NCBI GenBank assembly: GCA_965262615.1
Contig: OZ253545.1
Span: 224,001 to 288,000, forward strand
DNA: 64,000 nucleotides
Source of the DNA: Alphaproteobacteria bacterium
Lineage (GTDB): Bacteria > Pseudomonadota > Alphaproteobacteria > GM7ARS4 > G965262615
Direction: 5' to 3'
Positions 58,690 to 64,000 of this stretch are shown in pieces. Made by a program: the position numbers and the translations under genes. How positions within the stretch are numbered: position 1 is the stretch's first letter; every line of letters starts with the position of its first letter. A model generated the notes under the pieces. The model was not told the DNA's origin. It was given only the letters and a program-made list of their open reading frames with translations, and did not search any database.

Positions 58690-58788
58690 GCGGGCGTGGC
58701 GAAATTGGTAAACGCATCTCATTCGCACTGAGACGGGTCAATGAGACTAACCTCTCATCCCTTGCGGGTTCAAGTCCCGCCGTCCGCA
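58690..58788 (+). tRNA. Atypical class-II tRNA: Leu-type body with Ala anticodon CGC
   Basis: Acceptor GCGGGCG/CGTCCGC + A73; D-arm GCGAAATTGGTAAACGC; TCTCA-TTCGCAC-TGAGA; 30-nt variable arm; GCGGG-TTCAAGT-CCCGC. Confidence 0.88.
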
Positions 58789-59026
58789 CCTACACGCTCT
58801 TTTTTAGTAGCACTTCTCTACAAAATGTCAAGATTTGTGCCTCAAAATTTTAATGAACGGGTCATTTCCGCCAGTCAGACTTCACGAAGGACAAAACATC
58901 TGCACAAAAAATCCGCGAAAAAAATCCGCCTTGGACACCTCATCGGCATATTGCTACCCCTTGTTAATGCCGCGATGCGCGACAACGCCTCGCTCACATT
59001 AACCGTCAAAACCTCATGGCAAAGAT

Positions 59027-59305
59027 TTATCCGAAAAACATCTTGCCTAAAATAATAAGGCTAACCGCAAAAGTTAGCCACGCCGCCCATTGCCTGTTTT
59101 TTTCAGCTGCTATATCGGCAACCGCTTTTGACAAGTCATCCTTTTTGGCGATGTATTGATAATGTGTCTCTAGGGCAGTGAGTCTTTCTTTTATTTCAGT
59201 CAGCGCGTCATTTGTGCCACCACCGCCCCCGCCACCACTTCGGGGAGGTGTCGAATGAGGAGTTGAAACATTATCAACAGGGTGAAGGTGTTGCTTGTCA
59301 TTCAC
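59027..59305 (-). CDS. Small coiled-coil protein with poly-Gly and C-terminal TM (DUF1640/CCDC90-like)
   Basis: GTG 59305 overlapping upstream stop; SGGGGGGG, ERLTALE, AKKDDL, C-terminal TM. Confidence 0.6.
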   Translation of the reverse strand: MNDKQHLHPVDNVSTPHSTPPRSGGGGGGGTNDALTEIKERLTALETHYQYIAKKDDLSKAVADIAAEKNRQWAAWLTFAVSLIILGKMFFG

Positions 59306-59558
59306 CTTTTTGCTCCCACAACCATAAAGCTCTATCAAAATAGCCGTAAGAAGAATTGTTTTTGATAACAACACCCCTTATGCCTTTTTCAGAACTCATG
59401 CCAAGCTGATTGGCTATATCAGCCACATTCACATTTTGGGCGGAGCGTATAAACCAAACCAGACCATCAACGATAGGATGATGGTCTTTATAGAGACTCG
59501 CTACCCTTTTGCCAAATTCAGGTGAGGGCTTCTCTATGACGACTGTAAAGATAGACAT
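59298..59558 (-). CDS. Small hypothetical protein (possible ferredoxin-like fold)
   Basis: GAAGG RBS, ATG 59558, 86 aa MSIFTVVIE...VWFIRS...YGYFDRALWLW; AT-rich. Confidence 0.65.
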   Translation of the reverse strand: MSIFTVVIEKPSPEFGKRVASLYKDHHPIVDGLVWFIRSAQNVNVADIANQLGMSSEKGIRGVVIKNNSSYGYFDRALWLWEQKGE

Positions 59559-59754
59559 ACCTTCCATTCGTAACTCCAAAAAAGGCAATGTTGCACAAAT
59601 AAAGTGACTATGGCAAGTCACAAAGGATAGCTGATACCACAGTATAAAGTGTGATTTCAATATGAACACGGCGTAAATTTAAACCATTAAGTCGTCATAA
59701 TTGCAATTAGGTGGCGAAAAAGCCGAGAAAGTAGACACAATAATACGGATTATT

Positions 59755-62046
59755 TCACGACCGCATCGCCACCGTGATGCCCGCTTTTTTGTTCCAATCC
59801 ACATCAATCACGCCGCCATTTTTTGGCGTGCCGAACAGAATCAATTCCGCCAGTGGCTTTTTAATCTCAGCGGCAATGAGTCGTTCCATCGGGCGCGCGC
59901 CCATCTCCTCGCTGTAGCCCTGTCGCGCCAGCCACCGCTTCGCCGCCGCCGACACCGAAACACGCAACTGACGCTCCTGCAACTGCGCCTCCAACTCCTT
60001 GATTTTCTTATCCACAATGCGCCGCACAGTCTCCCGCCGCAAAGGCTTGAACGGCACAATGCCATCCAAACGATTGCGAAACTCAGGGCTGAATGCCCCT
60101 TGCAGCGCGCTCTCACCCTCCAGCTCCCCTTGCGTCTTGTCGCCGTGCGTGAACCCCATCGCCCGCTTGCCAAACAAACCCGACCCCACATTGGTGGTCA
60201 TAATCACAATCACATTGCGAAACGAAACCGACCGTCCGTTGTGGTCGGTGAGCACGCCGTAATCCATCACCTGCAGTAAAATGTTGGTCAAATCGGCGTG
60301 CGCTTTTTCAATCTCATCCAGCAACACCACCGCATGAGGATTTTTCAACACAGATTCCGTCAGCAACCCCCCCTGGTCAAACCCCACATAGCCCGGCGGC
60401 GCACCAATCAAGCGCGCCACCGAATGACGCTCCATATACTCCGACATATCAAAACGCAACAACGGCGCACCCCACACATCCGCCAACGACCGAGCCGTCT
60501 CCGTCTTGCCAACTCCCGTCGGACCCGCAAACAAATAACAGCCCACAGGCTTGCCAATATCACGCAACCCCGCTCGCGCCAACTTCACCGCATCACTCAA
60601 CGCCGCCAGAGCCTCATCTTGTCCATGCACCGCCTTTTTCAATTTCTTTTCAATATCCGCCAAAAATGAACGGTCATCGCGCGCCACCTTCTTGGGCGGA
60701 ACATGAGCCATGCGCGCAATGGTCTCCTCAATGGCGGTGGCATCAATGCTTGATTGCTTCCTCTCCTTTGCGACATTCTTCGTGACATTCACATTATTCG
60801 TGACACTCAATGCCGCCGCCGCTCCCGCCTCATCAATGGCATCAATGGCTTTGTCCGGCAAAAAACGATCCGTCACATAGCGAGCCGACAACCGCACCGC
60901 CTCACGCAACGCCTCATCGGCATACACAACCCCGTGATGAGACTCATACGATGATTTCAAACCGCGCAAAATATCCACCGCCTCATCCTCACTGGGCTCT
61001 TGCACCTCAACCTTCTGAAAACGCCGCACAAGCGCACGATCCTTCTCAAAATAATTGTGATACTCCTTGAATGTCGTAGAGCCAATACAGCGCAACCGCC
61101 CTCGCGCCAGCGCAGGCTTGAGCAAGTTAGAAGCATCCATCGCCCCGCCGCTCGTTGCTCCCGCTCCCACAAGGGTATGAATCTCATCAATGAACAAAAT
61201 CGCCTTGCGCTTGTTCTCAATGGCATGAACCACCGCCTTGAGCCGCTCCTCAAAATCGCCCCGATAGCGTGACCCCGCCAGCAACGCCCCCATATCCAAC
61301 CCATACAATGTCGCCCCCCGCATGAGGTCGGGAACATCGCCCTGAACAATCCGCAACGCCAAGCCCTCAGCAATCGCCGTCTTGCCAACGCCCGCCTCGC
61401 CCACAAACAACGGATTGTTCTTCATCCGCCGACATAATATATGAATCGTCCGCAACAACTCCTTCTCGCGTCCCACCAGCGGGTCAATCTCCCCCTGCCG
61501 TGCCCGCTCATTGAGATCCACGCACCATTTACGCAAAGGGGCATCATCGTCACTGGCATCCTTCTCATAAGACGCATCAGGCTGCTGCAAATGATAACCG
61601 CCGCCCAGTTCATCATCCTCCGACTTGCGAATGCCGTGCGCCACATATGTCACCGCATCATAACGGCGCATCCCCTGCTGCTGCAAAAAATACAACGCAT
61701 GAGATTCCTTCTCCGCAAACATCGCCACCAACACATTCGCTCCCGTCACCTGCTCCTTCTGTGACGACTGCGCATGCAGCATCGCCCGCTTGAAAACACG
61801 ATGAAAACTATCGGTCAAACTCACGCCATCGGCATCCTCCACAGGCTCAATGTGAGAATCAATGAACTCATACAAATTCTTCTTCAGCAACGGCAAATCC
61901 ACCGAACATGCCCTGAAAATATCAAGACACTCCTTGTTGTCGGTCATCGCCAGTAGCAAGTGCTCCAAAGTGGCAAATTCACTCTTGCTTTCTGCCGCCA
62001 GTTCCAAAGCTCGCTTGAGCGTCTTTTCCAAAGATGCCGATAACAT
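59755..62046 (-). CDS. clpA: ATP-dependent Clp protease ATP-binding subunit ClpA
   Basis: Two AAA modules ([16 protein letters not shown]), [15 protein letters not shown]; downstream of clpS. Confidence 0.96.
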   Translation of the reverse strand: MLSASLEKTLKRALELAAESKSEFATLEHLLLAMTDNKECLDIFRACSVDLPLLKKNLYEFIDSHIEPVEDADGVSLTDSFHRVFKRAMLHAQSSQKEQVTGANVLVAMFAEKESHALYFLQQQGMRRYDAVTYVAHGIRKSEDDELGGGYHLQQPDASYEKDASDDDAPLRKWCVDLNERARQGEIDPLVGREKELLRTIHILCRRMKNNPLFVGEAGVGKTAIAEGLALRIVQGDVPDLMRGATLYGLDMGALLAGSRYRGDFEERLKAVVHAIENKRKAILFIDEIHTLVGAGATSGGAMDASNLLKPALARGRLRCIGSTTFKEYHNYFEKDRALVRRFQKVEVQEPSEDEAVDILRGLKSSYESHHGVVYADEALREAVRLSARYVTDRFLPDKAIDAIDEAGAAAALSVTNNVNVTKNVAKERKQSSIDATAIEETIARMAHVPPKKVARDDRSFLADIEKKLKKAVHGQDEALAALSDAVKLARAGLRDIGKPVGCYLFAGPTGVGKTETARSLADVWGAPLLRFDMSEYMERHSVARLIGAPPGYVGFDQGGLLTESVLKNPHAVVLLDEIEKAHADLTNILLQVMDYGVLTDHNGRSVSFRNVIVIMTTNVGSGLFGKRAMGFTHGDKTQGELEGESALQGAFSPEFRNRLDGIVPFKPLRRETVRRIVDKKIKELEAQLQERQLRVSVSAAAKRWLARQGYSEEMGARPMERLIAAEIKKPLAELILFGTPKNGGVIDVDWNKKAGITVAMRS

Positions 62047-62058
62047 CGCTCGCACCCC

Positions 62059-62388
62059 TCAATCCCTCTCCAACCGACACAACAACGGATGCTGATGCTC
62101 TCGAGCCAACTCCAAAACCATCCGCACTCGCGTGCTGGCAATCTCATAACTATAAACGCCACAAATGCCCAACCCATGACGATGAACCATCAACATAATG
62201 CGCTGTGCCTCCTCATAATTTTTGCGAAAAACTCGCTGCAAAACCCATGTCACAAATTCCATCGGCGTGTAGTCATCGTTCACCAGCAGCACCCGATACA
62301 GTGACGGCTTCTTCGCGCGCACCGCATCCAGTGTGTCAGTCTCACTGGCGGCTTTGTTCAACAAATCATGGCGACTGCTTTGTGACAT
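62059..62388 (-). CDS. clpS: Clp protease adaptor ClpS
   Basis: YRVLLVNDDYTPMEFV, MLMVH, HPLLC; start uncertain. Confidence 0.95.
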   Translation of the reverse strand: MSQSSRHDLLNKAASETDTLDAVRAKKPSLYRVLLVNDDYTPMEFVTWVLQRVFRKNYEEAQRIMLMVHRHGLGICGVYSYEIASTRVRMVLELAREHQHPLLCRLERD

Positions 62389-62493
62389 GATGGCTAACCT
62401 CCCTTTGTGTTGCAATTTCATCATATTATTGTCGTGAGCACAATGCAAATTGTGTCTTGCATAAAAAATAAGCTGTGCTTACAATCTCGCCCC

Positions 62494-64000
62494 ATGACAG
62501 ATAGACCTATTTTAGACACAATCAAGAGCCCCGCCGACATGCGCGCTCTGGATGATGCCGCCCTCAAACAGTGCGCCGATGAAGTACGCAGTGAGGTCAT
62601 TGACGCGGTTTCCGTCACAGGCGGACATCTCGGCTCAAGCCTGGGCGTGGTGGAACTCACCGTTGCCCTGCACCATGTGTTTGACACCCCTCACGACCGA
62701 TTGATTTGGGATGTGGGGCATCAGTGCTATCCTCACAAATTGCTCACCGAAAGGCGGGATCGTCTGCATACCTTGCGTCAGCCCGGCGGCTTATATGGCT
62801 TCACCAAAAGAAGCGAAAGCCGCTACGACCCCTTTGGTGCCGCCCACAGCTCCACTTCCATCTCCGCCGCCCTCGGCATGATGGTCGCCCGTGACCTCAA
62901 ACAAGAAAAGCGTCATATCATTGCCGTCATCGGTGACGGTGCCATCACCGCAGGAATGGCCTATGAAGCCATGAACAACGCCGGCGCAATGGACGGCAAA
63001 CTCATCGTCATTTTGAATGATAACGACATGTCCATCGCACCGCCTGTCGGCGCGATCAGCCATTACCTGCCGCGTCTGCTGTCTGGCAAAACCTATCGCT
63101 CCATTCGCCGCTTTGCCCTGAAAACAGCCGCCGATTACCTGCCGTCTTCCCTTGAACGAGCCACCAAACGCTTGGATGAATACGCCAGAGGCTTTATCTC
63201 CGGTGGAACGCTGTTTGAAGAAATGGGATTTTATTATGTGGGACCCGTGGATGGTCATAATTTGGATCATCTGTTGCCGGTGCTGCGCAACATTCGTGAT
63301 GTGGAACAAAAAGGCCCCGTGATGCTCCATGTGAAAACCAACAAGGGACACGGCTATGCCCCCGCCGAGACCTCCGAGGATCGCTATCACGGCGTGGGAC
63401 AATTTGATGTCGTCACCGGCAAACAACAAAAAACGCAATCCAATGCTCCCAGCTACACCAAAGTCTTTGCTCAAAGCCTGATCAAAGAGGCACACAAGGA
63501 TGATTCCATCGTTGCCATCACGGCGGCAATGCCTTCGGGAACGGGGTTGGATCTTTTTGCCAAAGAACACCCCAGTCGCTGTTTTGATGTGGCAATTGCC
63601 GAACAGCACGGTGTCACCTTCGCCGCCGGACTCGCCACCGAAGGCATGAAGCCCTTCGCCACCATCTATTCTACTTTTTTGCAGCGCGCCTATGATCAGG
63701 TGGTGCATGATGTGGCATTGCAATCTCTGCCGGTGCGCTTTGCCATTGATCGCGCAGGATTGGTGGGCGCGGATGGCCCCACTCATGCCGGCTCGTTTGA
63801 TATTACCTATCTTGCCACGCTTCCCAATTTTGTCGTGATGGCACCCTCCGATGAAGCCGAACTGGTGCATGCGGTCAGCACCGCCGTCTCCATCAATGAT
63901 CGCCCCTGTGCCTTTCGCTATCCCCGAGGAGAAGGAGTGGGGGTCACCCTGCCTGACGAAGGCACGCCTTGGAGCATCGGCAAGGGACGCATCGTGCGCG
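62494..64000 (+). CDS. dxs: 1-deoxy-D-xylulose-5-phosphate synthase (partial, runs off window)
   Basis: Manual translation [10 protein letters not shown]...[13 protein letters not shown]...[11 protein letters not shown]...GDGA...IAEQH...[11 protein letters not shown]. Confidence 0.96.
   Translation, partial: MTDRPILDTIKSPADMRALDDAALKQCADEVRSEVIDAVSVTGGHLGSSLGVVELTVALHHVFDTPHDRLIWDVGHQCYPHKLLTERRDRLHTLRQPGGLYGFTKRSESRYDPFGAAHSSTSISAALGMMVARDLKQEKRHIIAVIGDGAITAGMAYEAMNNAGAMDGKLIVILNDNDMSIAPPVGAISHYLPRLLSGKTYRSIRRFALKTAADYLPSSLERATKRLDEYARGFISGGTLFEEMGFYYVGPVDGHNLDHLLPVLRNIRDVEQKGPVMLHVKTNKGHGYAPAETSEDRYHGVGQFDVVTGKQQKTQSNAPSYTKVFAQSLIKEAHKDDSIVAITAAMPSGTGLDLFAKEHPSRCFDVAIAEQHGVTFAAGLATEGMKPFATIYSTFLQRAYDQVVHDVALQSLPVRFAIDRAGLVGADGPTHAGSFDITYLATLPNFVVMAPSDEAELVHAVSTAVSINDRPCAFRYPRGEGVGVTLPDEGTPWSIGKGRIVR

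Larger units (their letters stand above)
58448..58929. repeat. Direct repeats flanking the atypical tRNA
   Basis: AAGGACAAAACATCTGCACAAAAA at 58448-58471 and 58887-58910; 33-bp near match 58480-58512 vs 58897-58929. Confidence 0.85.

Noticed and set aside
58690-58788. tRNA-Sec, tmRNA piece, 8/4 or 9/3 allo-tRNA, or genome-wide GCG reassignment
   Set aside because: Anticodon is not UCA, fold is canonical 7/5, no tmRNA tag frame or G3:U70, and GCG codons occupy conserved Ala positions
62791-63870. 359-aa minus-strand ORF
   Set aside because: Antisense shadow of dxs, which the ORF track misses because it has no stop in the window

Overview
Alphaproteobacterial chromosome segment. The housekeeping backbone is moaA (partial), tRNA-Leu(UAA), tRNA-Ala(GGC), aroA-cmk-rpsA-sppA, trpE/ppiD, guaB, a split his operon, a regulatory PTS (hprK-EIIA-ptsH-ptsI), rne, a PQQ-ADH-associated ABC cluster, ahcY, ferredoxin-NADP reductase, nrdJ, ridA, clpA/clpS and dxs (partial). 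Accessory and unusual elements: (1) a structurally complete class-II tRNA with a tRNA-Leu body but an Ala-type CGC anticodon loop and no G3:U70 (58690-58788), flanked by direct repeats, a candidate Ala-to-Leu mistranslating tRNA; (2) divergent from it, a ~19.4-kb (~6,460-aa) autotransporter gene with 12 cysteine-bearing modules and a repeat-expanded leader, broken by two single-base frameshifts; (3) five paralogous AT-rich membrane-anchored pentapeptide-repeat genes, three overlapping the stop codon of a housekeeping gene; (4) a 4x204-bp tandem array of slightly diverged copies covering two convergent gene ends; (5) an inferred ~11-kb inversion splitting the his and PTS-ahcY operons; (6) an unassigned structured RNA at ~16040-16175. 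Several frameshifts (guaB region, autotransporter) may be assembly errors. All calls were made by eye; no searches were run.
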